From the human T2T-CHM13v2.0 reference genome, Homo sapiens: 64,000 nt of DNA. Where the stretch lies: NCBI GenBank assembly GCA_009914755.4, contig CP086569.2:2240001-2304000 (forward strand), read 5' to 3'. The notes beneath the pieces were generated by a model. That model searched no databases, was not told the DNA's origin, and saw only the letters and a program-made list of their open reading frames with translations. Shown one piece after another: positions 34,731 through 49,086 of the stretch. Made by a program: the position numbers and the translations under genes. Each line of letters starts with the position of its first letter. Position 1 is the first letter of the stretch.

Positions 34731-35242
34731 GGGAAAGCAGGCTCAAGGGATAAGAGAATGGCATTGGGAAAATGATCACGTGTCTTGGCACCCAGAGGTT
34801 GGACCATCTTGCACTGACTGACAGTGTTGAGGAGGTAAAGTCCACGCCATATTGGTGAACTCCAGGAACGTGCTTCATTTTTTTTTTTGCAAGCAAGCAA
34901 CAGCATCTTTTATATCTAAGCAGCAAGACAAGCTGCCATCTTGTTTATCAATAGATCTAACATCTGAGTTGAATGTCTCCTATGAATTCCTACATCTCCT
35001 ATCTGTGTGTCTATGAGAATAGCCAAGTTGCCTCTTTGCCTTGAAAGGAAAGGATGGATGGAAAAGAGTTTGAACACTCCAGGTTTGCTGGAGGGAGTGA
35101 TGACATCTGAACAGGAGAGGAGTCAAAGTGTTACTGGAAAGGGGTCCCAATTCAAACCCCAAGAGAGTTTTTGGATCTCATGCAAGAAAAAATTCAGGAT
35201 AAGTCCACAGAGTGAAAGCAAGTTTATTAAGAAAGTAAAAGG

Positions 35243-35548
35243 GCTGGGCAGGGTGGCTCATGCCTGTAATGCCAACATTTTGGGAGGCTGAGATGGGCGG
35301 AATGCTTGAGCTCAAGAGTTTGAAACCAGCCTTGCCAACATGACAAAACTCCGTCTCTACCAAAAATAAAAAAGTTAGCTGGGTGTGGTGGCATGTACCT
35401 ATGGTCCCAGCTACTTGGGAGACTGAGGTGGGAGGATTGCTTAAGCCCAACAGGTTGAGGCTACAGTGAACTCTGATTGTGCCAACGGACTCCACCCTGG
35501 GTAACAGAGCGAGACCTTGTCTCAGGGAAAAAAAAAAAAAAAAGAAAG
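35243..35548 (+). mobile_element. Alu with TSD
   Basis: gggctgggcagggtggctcatgcctgtaatgccaacattttgggaggctgagatgggcgg...; TSD gaaagtaaa. Confidence 0.9.
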
Positions 35549-35589
35549 TAAAGGAGTAAAACAATGGCTACTCCATAGACAGAACAGAA

Positions 35590-36090
35590 GCGTGGGCTGC
35601 TTGACTGAGTATACTTATGGTTATTTCTTGATTATATGCTAAACAAAGGGCATTTAGCATATAATCTGAATGCCATATTATATGCTAAATTCAAGAGTTT
35701 TCTGGGAAACGGGAGTTTCTATAACTGAGGGTTCCTCCCCTTTTAGCCAATATAGGGTAACTTCTGGATGTTGCCATGGCATTTGTAAACCGTCACAACA
35801 CTGTTGGGAGTATTTTTGAGAAGCGAATGTATTAGAATTAGGGTATAATGAGCAGCGAGGATGACCAGAGGTCACTCTCATCGCCATCTGGGTTTTGGTG
35901 GGTTCTGGCCGGCTTCTTTACTGCAAACTGTTTTATCAGCAAGGTCTTTATGACCTGTATCTTGTGCTGACCTCCCATCTCATTCGGTGACTAAGAATGC
36001 CTAACCTCCTGGGAATGCAGCCCAGCAGGTCTCAGCCTCATTTTACCCAGCTCCTATTCAAGATTGAGTTGCTCTGGTTCAAATGCCTCT
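35590..36090 (-). mobile_element. ERV-class solo LTR (family not assigned), inverted partner of 41455-41990
   Basis: reverse complement begins ggagctgggtaaaatgaggctgagacc.. and contains ..ccatggcaacatccagaagttaccctatattggctaaaagggg.., colinear with the + strand copy at 41455. Confidence 0.6.
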
Positions 36091-36091
36091 A

Positions 36092-36511
<420 letters not shown>

Positions 36512-36844
36512 TCACAAGCTAACTGCATTTGCTCATTCCTACAAATAGGTCAAGCTAATCATGAATTCAGTTTACAGTTTAACTTTAAAGCAAGAATGAT
36601 CATAGTCCCTTCCCAAAAATAACCCCCGAGGGGATCAGGAGGATGTGCGCAGAAGGAACAATGTTATGTCAAAGATTTATAAGAGCACTGTGACCTGACC
36701 AAGGATGAGGAAGTTCCACAAGGCCCCTTGGACCATAATAGCCGCCCAGATGTCTGTGGTCATTGCTCACCTCTTGCCCTCTACCACCCTCCCTCTCCCC
36801 CTGGCATAAAAGCAGCCTAAAATTCTATTAAGATGGTTCTTTCA

Positions 36845-37295
36845 ACCCAAATGCCCATCAGTGATAGACTGGATAAAGAATATGTAGCACATATACACCA
36901 TGGAATACTATGCAGCCGTAAAAAAGAATGAGTTCATGTCCTTTGCAGGGACATGGATGAAGCCGGAAACCATCATTCTCGGCAAACTAACACAGCAACA
37001 GAAAACCAACCACCACATGTTCTCACTCATAAGTGGGAGCTGAACAATGAGAACACATAGACACAGGGAGGGGAACATCACACACCGGGGCCTGTTGCAG
37101 GGTGGGGGGCAAGGGGAGGGACAGCATTAGGACAAATACCTAATGCCTGCGGGGCTTAAAACCTAGATGATGGGTTCACAGGTACAGCAAACCACCGTGG
37201 CACATGCATACCTATGTAACAAACCTGCACATTCTGCACGTGTGTCCCAGAACTTAAAGTATAATAATAAATTAAAAAAAAAAAAAGATGGCTTT
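36845..37295 (+). mobile_element. L1 (L1PA-type) 3' end / 3'UTR with poly-A
   Basis: ggataaagaatatgtagcacatatacaccatggaatactatgcagccgtaaaaaagaatgagttcatgtcctttgcagggacatggatgaagc...acctagatgatgggttcacaggtacagcaaaccaccgtggcacatgcatacctatgtaacaaacctgcacattctgcacgtgtgtcccagaacttaaagtataataataaattaaaaaaaaaaaaa. Confidence 0.92.
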
Positions 37296-37883
37296 TTAGG
37301 ACAGCAGTCTTCTGTCTTCTTGACTTGCTGGTTCTTCAAAATAAAGTTGCTGTCCTTACCTTCACACCTTGTGTCTAGACTTACTGGCTATCACGCAATG
37401 TGTGGAGGGAGCTTTAGACGCGACGACAGGATGGTGAAGGGGGTGGTCACACGTGGAAGGAGACAGAAGGAAAGGTGCAGAGAACTGGGCAAGGCACTTG
37501 GCACAGCTGACCATTTTGTGTGATTCTGGGACAGAGAGAAGTGATGGTAGGTAATCTCCCAAAACTGTTCAGCAGCTGAGAGACCTGCTCCTTCCCCCAG
37601 CCGGCTCCGAGGAGCTGCATTTCTGCACAATGTACAGTAGCCCTCCCGCCCCATCTGTGGTTTTGCTTTCCACGGTGAAAGAGTTTGGATATTTGTCCCT
37701 GTCAAATAATTGTCATGCCCAATGCTGGAGGTGGGCCTGGTGGCAGGTGTTTGGGTCATGGGGGCAGATTCCTCATGGCTTACTTCTGTCCTCGAAATAG
37801 TGAGTGAGTTCTTGCCAGATCTGGCTGTTTTAGTGCTGTGGCACCCTCACCACCCCCGTGTTGCTCCTGTTTTTCCCGTGTGA

Positions 37884-38460
<577 letters not shown>

Positions 38461-38594
38461 TGAAAGAGAGAGAGAGCACATTACATTCACATAACTTTTA
38501 CTACAGTATATTGTTGTAATTGTTCTATTTTATTATTAGTCTGTTGTTGTTAATCTTTCACTGTGCCTAATTCATAAATTAAACCTTACCATTA

Positions 38595-38950
<356 letters not shown>

Positions 38951-38959
38951 TTATCTCAA

Positions 38960-40135
<1,176 letters not shown>

Positions 40136-40454
40136 AGAAGAAGAAACACTGTCTTTTGTGGGGGACCTTGCGTCTGTCGATCTGCAGAGGGTCTCCTGTA
40201 AGGCAGCCAACTCTTCTCTTGTCCGGATCTAGGAGAGATTAACTGAGAGTATGGTGCCTTTAAAGACCTGAAAAGAAATATTCAGCATCTCTTCTCTCTG
40301 GGGGCTGCTACCTGTGAAGCTGCATGTACATAACAAGCCCACTTTTGCTAGGAAAGCCTTTTCCTTTCTCCTTCCTATAACCTGTCTTGCAGCTAAAACC
40401 TGGTTTTGGCTGGACTCTGAGTCTGCATTCTTGTTTTTTGTTTTATTTGGTTGT

Positions 40455-40954
<500 letters not shown>

Positions 40955-41454
40955 TTAGGGAGTAGATTAGGCTGTTCCTGGTGTGTGTTACCAGAGATTC
41001 TGAAATATTCCTCGGTCGAATGCCTCCAAGAGTGATGTAGTCAACCACAAACCTCCCCCATCTGTTATATCTCCTTGTCTTGTCCCCCCAGATTGTTTTC
41101 TCATTGCTTTGCTTTTCCTGATGGGGTTCAGAAAACATTCCACCAAAATATGGAACTGTGGCATTTGAGAAAACAATTTAAGTAAGAAGGTCACTTTCAC
41201 CTTACCCTCATGGTTCTTCTTTAGCATAGGCCATAAAACCTCGGAAGGACTCTCTGACCTTACCCTGAAGCAGGTCAGGGGACCCTCATTCCAGAGGCGC
41301 CCTCCCTATACCAGGAGGAAGAGAATATCCTTAACTCTGAACATGCAGGGACACAGAAGAATCTGAACAAACAGGCCCTGCTAAGTTCCCGCAGTTTATT
41401 CTCATTAGATCAGATCCTTTTGCCAGAGGCATGTAAAACAGAGCCACTCCATCT

Positions 41455-41990
41455 TGAATAGGAGCTGGGTAAAATGAGGCTAAAACCTACTTGGCTGAAT
41501 TCCCAGATGGTTAAGGCATTCTAAGTCACAGGATGAGATAGGAGGTTGGTACAAGATACAGGTGATAAAGACCTTGCTGATAAAACAGGTTGCAGTAAAG
41601 AAGCCAGCCAAAACCCACCAAAACCAAGATGGCCACAACAGTGACCTCTGGTCGTCCTCACTGCTACACTCCTACCAGCACCATGACAGTTTACAGATGC
41701 CATGGCAACGTCAGGAAGTTACCCTACATGGTCTAAAAAGGGGAGGCATGAATAATCCACCCCCCATTTAGCATATCATCAAGAAATAACCATAAAAATG
41801 GGCAACCAGGAGCCCTCGGGGCTGCTCTATGGAGTAGCCATTCTTTATTCCTTTTGTTTCCTAATAAACTTGCTTTCACTTTACTCTATGGACTCACCCC
41901 GAATTCTTTCTTGCTTGAGATCCAAGAACCCTCTCTTGCGGTCTGGATTGGGACCCCATTCCTGTAACGTTTTTGTCCAATAGTCATACT
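41455..41990 (+). mobile_element. ERV-class solo LTR (same family as 35590-36090, opposite orientation), with AATAAA
   Basis: gagctgggtaaaatgaggctaaaacctacttgg...ccatggcaacgtcaggaagttaccctacatggtctaaaaagggg...ttcctaataaacttgctttcactttactc. Confidence 0.6.
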
Positions 41991-42032
41991 TCTCCATCAC
42001 TGTCCACTCTTCATTAAAAGTAAGCATATCAC

Positions 42033-42235
42033 ATCTGTAATCCCAGCACTTTGGGAGCCGAGGTGGGTGGATCAACTGAGGTCAGGAGTTCGAAACCAGC
42101 CTGGCCAACATGGTAAGAGTCGCTTGAACTCAGGAGGTGGAGGTTGCAATGAGCTGAGATCCCGTCACTGCACTCCAGCCTGGGTGACAGAGTGAGATTC
42201 CGTCTCAAAAACAAACAAACAAACAAACAAAAAAC
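42033..42235 (+). mobile_element. Alu, 5'-truncated with internal deletion and (CAAA)n tail
   Basis: tctgtaatcccagcactttgggagccgaggtgggtggatcaactgaggtcaggagttcgaaaccagcctggccaacatggtaagagtcgcttgaactcaggaggtggaggttgcaatgagc...caaaaacaaacaaacaaacaaacaaaaaacc. Confidence 0.85.
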
Positions 42236-42961
42236 CAGAAAACCTAAGCGTAAAAATACTCAGATTTTCCTGTTTCTTTCTTTATGATGGCTTCTGTGTC
42301 ACGTAAAACCTAAATACATGGGCCTGCTTTTCTCTTGCTATTGTCTTTTGTTCTAGGGGCCTTAGTCATGAACCCAATGATGGGTGAGGAAATATATTTC
42401 TCTCTCACTGCTACCCTGCCATTACGACAGGCCACAGGCAGCACTTCCAGCTGCTCCGTGGATGTGCTGCAACTTGAATTTGAACTTATTTCAAGTTCTT
42501 TGCCTTCAGAATGGTCAGGAATAGAGCCCATCTTCCAGGTGAACCACAGCCCCATCATGTCAACAGGTTTAGACGCAATGACATTGGAGAGGCTTGACTG
42601 CTGAAAGTGAAGAAGGAAAGTGCTTCCTAGGATAGAGTTTGTAAAGGAGCTTAAATCAGTGATGTCTTCTTGCGTCCGGTCCATGCCAATGCGCAATTTC
42701 ATTTTGTTTCCCTCTTTACAGAAGAGGCTGGTCCCTGACTCTCTGGAACTGTATGCATGAGATGTTTCTCCTGAATCTACAGAGACGTAAATCCCCATGA
42801 CTCAAAGACAGAATCTGTGAAATTTTACTGTCTGATCTGGGAACAGTTTTTAGGATGTCATTGTCATCTGTTGATTGGATTTTGAGTTGACCCCCAAAAG
42901 TTCAGATAAAAAACATGTGTCTCAGCAGATCTGGTAGGCTGTGCCCCTCTTCTTCTTCTTC

Positions 42962-43334
<373 letters not shown>

Positions 43335-43736
43335 TGAAAAGACGCATACACAGGCTCACACACTAAGTTATTGCCAAATTAATTATTGCTGTAAAAATGC
43401 TTTGCACCACTGAGGGGGCACAGACCATGAAATTTCCAATGTATGAACTCTAGGCTACCAAATACTGTTTACCTTTGGGCGCTGTGAACCCCGAGGAAAA
43501 TTCCAGTGATTTGGGGGCAGTCACAAGGCAAAGTGGTCCAAATGGCCTGAACTCAAAATCAAAGAGCCCTTCGTTTTGATCCCAGTCCACTGCTAATGAA
43601 CTCTATGGCCCTGTGTTGTTTTCTTATCAGCAGACGTGAGCTAATAAGTCCAATATCCATGTATCACAATTGTTTCCCAATGAATGAACACACAGAAAGT
43701 TACACAATACAAAAATGTCAGGTAAAAATTTACTTG

Positions 43737-44395
43737 TTTGTCCATCAATCCATCTATTCACTCATCCATCCACTCATCCATCTATTCTTCTTCTACCCAC
43801 CCATCTATCCAGCTATCTATCCGTCTGTCCACTTATCTATCCATCCATCCATTCGTCCATCCATCCATCCATCCATCCACCCACTCATCTATCTCTACCC
43901 ATCCATCCAGCCAGCCAGTAATCTGTCCACCCATCTATCCATCCATCCACCCACCCACCCACCCATCTCTCTCTACCCCTCCAGCCACCCAGTAATCTGT
44001 CCATCCACCTATCCTTCCAACCATCCATCCACCCACCCATCCACCCACTTATCTATCTGTCCATCTATCCATAGATCAATCCGTCTATCCCCCCTTTCAT
44101 CCATCCATTTATTCATCTGTCCATTTATCCATTCCTCCACCCACCCATCCATTCATCCATTTATTCATCTATGTATCCATCCATTCATCCATCCACCCAA
44201 CTATCTATCCATCCAATCATCCACTCATCTTTCCATCCATCCACCCATTTATTCATTCATCCAGCCATCTATCTCTTTATCCATCCTTCCAGCAAGTGAT
44301 CCATCCATTCACGCATCCAGATGGCTGTCTGTCCATTCATTCATCCATCCACCACTTCCTACCCCCAGACCCATCTATCCACCCATCATCCACTG
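43737..44395. repeat. degenerate compound tetranucleotide repeat (ATCC/ACCC/ATCT)n, ~660 bp
   Basis: ccatccatccatccatccacccactcatctatc... throughout; produces a spurious 266-aa HPSIHPSI ORF (43596-44396 +). Confidence 0.95.
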
Positions 44396-44721
44396 ACTTC
44401 AAAAGCTTCATTTGATCGTCTGTGCAGCAGACATGGTGTGTGATGCTCTGACACCTCTTAAGTGCTTTGGTTGCCCACAAGAACCTCACGGGAGGTCTCT
44501 AAGTTGGGCTCAGACCTTGGTAATGAAAACCAGAAATAAAAGTGATTTAAAGAAAGCTGATAGAAACCTAACTTTAGCAAATGGTAAGATAAAAATGTAC
44601 TCCTTTGTCCTGTAAAAGAAGTTGGGAATGTGAGTCGGGCTGGCACAGCCGTCCTGCTGTATCATCAGCCACCCTGATACCTTTGCTCAACGTGTTCTGC
44701 CATGCTTAGAATACAACTTCT

Positions 44722-45042
<321 letters not shown>

Positions 45043-46064
45043 CTATCCTGTAGGAGACTTCCTGCTTCGAACTGGCTGCTGGGACTCCAGCCATCACGTC
45101 ATTATCCCAGGCAGGTTCAGGATGAAGCAAAGACCAAAAAAAAAAAAAAAAGAAAGAAAAAAGAAAAATGATTCTGCCTCCAGGAGTGGAGTGCATAGTT
45201 AGACTGCTGCATTCCTCAAACCCCTGAGGTGGGCCCCAGGGTGCGGGGCCAGCCCCTCTGGCCTTGCCTGTGTCTGATCCAGGGGCACAGGTGGCCTGGG
45301 GAGAGACGGAGTCACCCGCAGGCCTGAGACAGCACAAGACCAGTGTTACCGAAGGGCCCCTGACGCAGCCTGCTGGGGTGAGTCGCCAAGGACCAGGACT
45401 CAGCCAGGCGACCCAGATAGGGGTCTTACCCCCAACCCCAAACCACGACCACAAGTCCTCACTCCCAACCCTGTCTCTGAGCTTGCGGCAGAACGTCCTT
45501 GGTCCCGCGCAGAGCGGGTATCCGCAGTGTGTCTCAAAGCCCCCCACCCCCGCCATCTTTCACCACTGAGCGCCCCCAGCTCGGACGCTCCAGAAAGGAC
45601 CAGGGGCCGTGGCTGCCTGTCAAGGCCTACGCCTTTCTAAGCAGGGAGGGGATTGCACTTTGCACCCCTTGGGGATCGCCCTGAGCGCCCCGTGAGCAGC
45701 TGGAAGGGGGCCCCATAGTTTTCCGAGCAGAGGAGCAGGAAGAGTTTCATTTCCTCCCCGTTGGGGCTGCCTGGGGGGGGTGCCTGTTAGGAACAGAGAG
45801 GAGACAGCAAGGGCGGGCGCGGAGAGGCCCACACCTCTCCAAGAAGGGCAGCGGTTTCTCTTGGCTCCAGGTAGGGGCCGCCCTGGGGCGTGCATTTAAG
45901 GGGCTGTAGAGAGGGAGGGACCCGCACTTTCCCGAGAATGTTGGGGGTTGCACTTTGCTCTAGTTGGCGGCATCCTGGCGACGGGCTTGTGGGCGGGGGG
46001 CACTCACAGTTTCCTGAGAAGGGAAGGAGGGCGTCCCGTGGTCCCCTCGGCGCGGCCCGAGCCA

Positions 46065-46165
46065 CCTCCGCCCGCCCCCTCCTCTGTCCCCTCCCCGGGC
46101 CCGGCGTTCCCTCCCCTTCCGTGCGCCAGTGGAGGCCGGGGTGGGGCGGGGCGGGGCAGGCGCAG
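46065..46165 (+). ncRNA. MIR6089: pre-miRNA-like hairpin; 3' arm carries the string I recall as mature hsa-miR-6089
   Basis: ggaggccggggtggggcggggcgg at 46131-46154, preceded by an imperfectly complementary C-rich arm (ccgcccgccccctcctctgtcccctccccgggcccggcgttccctcccc, ~46065-46120). Mature sequence quoted from memory, not checked. Confidence 0.6.
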
Positions 46166-46297
46166 CCTGGGCTGAGTTTGCAGGGCTGCTCCCCTCACCC
46201 AACCCCTTCGAGTCCTCCGCGGGCTCCGCCCCACCCGGCCCGTGGGGGAGGTTCCGTCCCGCCGCCTTCGCCCGCGCGCTGCACTCGCGGACGATCT

Positions 46298-46371
46298 CTG
46301 CTCGCCTTGGGCGCGGGGCCGTGCTGGCGCTGCGGCTCCTCGGCCTGCTCCGCCGTCTGGTGGCCGCCCCG
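46298..46371 (+). pseudogene. CD99P1: CD99-like exon 1 (signal peptide) with start codon lost; donor G|gtgagc retained
   Basis: translates SARLGRGAVLALRLLGLLRRLVAAP versus CD99 MARGAALALLLFGLLGVLVAAP (from memory); ATG position reads tct; exon ends ..ccgccccg|gtgagcgag. Confidence 0.7.
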
Positions 46372-47139
46372 GTGAGCGAGCGGCGGGATCCGGGTGGGAG
46401 GACGCGGGGGGTGGCGCGGGCTGGGCCTGGGGATCCGCCTGGGGATGTGGGGTGCAGGGGCGGGGCGCCCCGCGGGGACACCCGGCCCCTCTTCCGTGCC
46501 CGGCGGGACGCGCTGTGCCCACGGGGACCCAGGTCCGGAGGAGGCGCCCACTTTCTCCCCAGCGCTCTTCCTGGGGCCAGGTGGGAGCCGTTTCAGAGGA
46601 AAAAGCCAGCGTTTCTTTCGTAAACCAAAAAGTATCTGGGACAAGTCCCAATCCTTTTGAGTTGATTCGGCGAAGATCAGGAAGGAGCCCGGGAGACGGG
46701 TCTATGCCTTTCTCCAAAGATACTATTGAGAGCTTCGGTATTTAAAGGGGGAAAGCACGCTGGAGGGGAAAGAAGGAGGAAGGCTCATTTTACCGAATTC
46801 ACCTGTTGCAAAAGAAAAGCAGCAGGTAGAATAGTCAATTATGTATTTGTCTTGCGCTCACTAAATTGGCACTTTACTAAGATAAGGTCAACAGAGAGTT
46901 ATTGCACTGTCTGCTTGGGAACAGAAGGAAAGACAGCTTCCTGCCTGACTCAGCTTCCAGCTTTATTATTATTATTATTAATTATTTTGGCAGAGTGAAC
47001 TGGGGTTCCAAGTTTTAATTTTCCTTCTACAGTTTGCAGAATCGCAAACTCTTAAATTTAGGGGAACCTGGGGAAGAGGTGGCATCCGATTCCCCCCCAA
47101 CCCTGGTGACGTTCTTATGGATCTTATGGATACTGCAGT

Positions 47140-47705
47140 CTCTCTTCTCTTTCTGTCTCTCCTCTCTTCTCTTTCCTTTCTCTCTCTCCTCTTCTCTCCC
47201 TCTTCCTCTCTCTCTCTTCTCTCCTGTTCCCTCTCTCTCTTCTCTCTCTTCTTTCTCTCGCTTTTCTCTCTCCTCACTCTCCTCTCTCCCTCTCTCTCCC
47301 CTCTTTCCTCTTTCTCTCGCCTCTCTCTCACCTCTCTCCTCTCTCCCCTTTTCTCTCTCTCCCCCTCTTCTCTCTCTCCCCCTCTTCTTTCTCTCCTTTT
47401 CTCTCTCGTCTCTCTCTCCTCTCCTCTCTCTCCTCTCTCTCTCCTCTCCTCTCTCTCCTCTTTTCTCTCTCCCATCTCTCTCTCTCCTGTCTCCTTCTCT
47501 CTTGTCTCTCGCCTTTCTCCTCTCTCTATCTCCTCACTCTCTCCTTCTCTCTCCTCTCTCTCTTGTCTCTCTCCCGCCTCTCTCATCTATCTCCTCTCTC
47601 TCTCCCCCCTCTCCTCCCTCTCCTCTTTCTCTCCTCTATCTCCTCTCTCCCCCTCTTTCTCTCTCCTCTCTCTCTCTTACTCCCTCTTTTTCTGTCTCAT
47701 GCTCA
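47140..47705. repeat. ~560-bp polypyrimidine (CT)n/(CTCTCC)n-rich tract (polypurine on - strand); H-DNA/triplex-prone
   Basis: uninterrupted C/T-only sequence ctctcttctctttctgtctctcctctcttctctttcc...; the homologous position in later units (e.g. 51718-51760, 55338-55400, 63215-63262) is only ~40 bp. Confidence 0.95.
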
Positions 47706-47871
47706 TCTTTTACTGTTTTCACCTGAGGGAAGAGTGATGAGAAGATAGGAATTCACGTTTTCTGAAGTATTTAGAAACGTGGGGCCGTGGTGTTTTCTCC
47801 ACCTGTTTTTGGGTCATTCCTTCCTCATTTCTCAGAACATTGGTATTAACAGCTCATTTCCCTCCTTTAAG

Positions 47872-47915
47872 GGCTGACTTTGACTTAGCGATGCCTTTCC
47901 TGATGGAGGAAACAG
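47872..47915 (+). pseudogene. CD99P1: CD99/XG-like DFDL exon, copy 1 (frameshifted: reads ADFDLAMPFLMEET)
   Basis: acceptor cctcctttaag|GGCTGACTTTGACTTAGCGATGCCTTTCCTGATGGAGGAAACAG|gtgagtaac; 44 nt versus 46 nt in the other copies (two 1-nt deletions). Confidence 0.75.
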
Positions 47916-48099
47916 TGAGTAACTTTTTAAAGTCTCCTCTGTTGCTGACTTTGCTGATTGTCATTGAATTATTATCATTTTCAAGACATCTCTTTTGCGT
48001 GATAAATGGATTGAGTTTGGACAGTGGGAACATAGGAAGTATATGTGTTGTTTATTTTTGTTGTTGGATTTTTGATATATTTTTTTTTTGTTACCAGCA

Positions 48100-48420
48100 T
48101 GCTGGTTTTTTTTTTTTTTTTTTTTTTTTGAAGTGTAGGTTCAGAGTCTCACTCTGTGGCCCAGGCTGGAGTGCGGTGGCGCGATCTCGGCTCACCGCAA
48201 CCTCCGCCTCCTGGGCTTAAGCGATTCTCGTGCCTCAGCCTCCTGAGCATCTGGAATTACAGGCACCCACTACCACGCCCGGCTAATTTTTGTCTTTTTA
48301 GTAGGGGCTGGGTTTTGCCATGTGGAGCAGGCTGGTCTCTAACTCCTAAACTCAAGCTATGCACTCACCTTGGCCTCCCAAAGTGCTGGGATTATAGGTG
48401 CAAGCCATCACGCCCAGCCA
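48100..48420 (-). mobile_element. Alu inside array unit 1
   Basis: T27 then gaagtgtaggttcagagtctcactctgtggcccaggctggagtgcggtggcgcgatctcggctcaccgcaacc... Confidence 0.92.
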
Positions 48421-48799
48421 GTATGCTGGCTTTTATTTTAAAATGGTTAGTCTTTGGAACAACGTAAGGCAAATGTGACTCCCTTGGCCAGGTCAGGCCT
48501 CGTGGGCATAGATCTGCGCAGTCACACAGGGACCTGTGCACACAAGGGTGCCATGCTGCTTTATTGCTGTGTTGCTGCCATCTTCAGATTCTTCATACAG
48601 TTGGAACAATGGGTCGCACATTTTCATTTTCACAGGCCCTCCCAAATTCTGGAGGTGGTCTGCACACCTGGTTTAGTTTTCTTTGAAAATACTTGAAGTT
48701 AAATCCTGTACCTGGAAGACAACAGAAGGGAATTGGCAGGAGGCTACGTGTATGGGTATCCCCACCATGACAAAAACAAGGGCCAGTTTTTACCTGTTT

Positions 48800-48965
48800 A
48801 GTGAACAGTCTCTGTGCAAATTGATATTTCAGTTTCTTTTCTCATCGCTATGGAAATTGATTTTTCATTTTCTGGTCGCTGTGGAAATTGATTTTTCATT
48901 TTCTTTTCTGGTCGCTATCAAAATTGATTTTTCATTTTCTGGTCGCTATGGAAATTGATTTTTCA
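48800..48965. repeat. 35-bp minisatellite (gtcgctatggaaattgatttttcattttc(ttttc)tg), 5 copies, 50-200 bp upstream of a splice acceptor
   Basis: aaattgat(a/t)tttca(g/t)tttc recurs five times at 48823-48958; the homologous site has 2 copies in unit 2 (52583-52640) and 1 in units 3 and 4. Confidence 0.9.
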
Positions 48966-49017
48966 TTTTCTTGACTACTAGGTACTGATGATTGCAACTC
49001 TCATGTTTTACAAACAG

Positions 49018-49086
49018 GTGACCCAGCACCACCTAATGCCCCCAAACCAAAGCCAGATCCAAACCCCAACCGACCTGGTTTCACTG
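49018..49086 (+). pseudogene. CD99P1: CD99-like proline-rich exon, copy 1, open (..DPAPPNAPKPKPDPNPNRPGFT..)
   Basis: ttttacaaacag|GTGACCCAGCACCACCTAATGCCCCCAAACCAAAGCCAGATCCAAACCCCAACCGACCTGGTTTCACTG|gtaagagcc; compare CD99 DDPRPPNPPKPMPNPNPNHPSSSG (from memory). Confidence 0.8.

Larger units (their letters stand above)
45600..46620. promoter_or_regulatory. CD99P1: CpG island carrying the CD99-like first exon (CD99P1/MIC2R promoter) and a miRNA hairpin
   Basis: GC>70% with dense CpG from ~45600 (ggccgtggctgcctgtcaaggcctacgcc) to ~46620; contains pseudo-exon 1 at 46298-46371. Confidence 0.85.

Noticed and set aside
42310-42798. 162-aa minus-strand ORF in unique sequence
   Set aside because: No recognisable motif, composition unremarkable, no splice-site or Kozak support. 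About 2-3 ORFs of this length are expected by chance in 64 kb of 6-frame translation. Kept only as a low-priority candidate.
43596-44396. 266-aa ORF (HPSIHPSI...)
   Set aside because: Translation of the (ATCC)n-type repeat.
45960-46745. ORFs of 237/173/167/164/149 aa across the CD99P1 CpG island
   Set aside because: Same GC-compositional artifact. Only the short stretch matching the CD99 signal peptide (46298-46371) is meaningful.
46978-47748. 230-aa and 206-aa Ser/Leu/Pro ORFs (+) and a 202-aa Glu/Arg/Gly ORF (-)
   Set aside because: Pure translation of the 560-bp CT/GA tract; low complexity.
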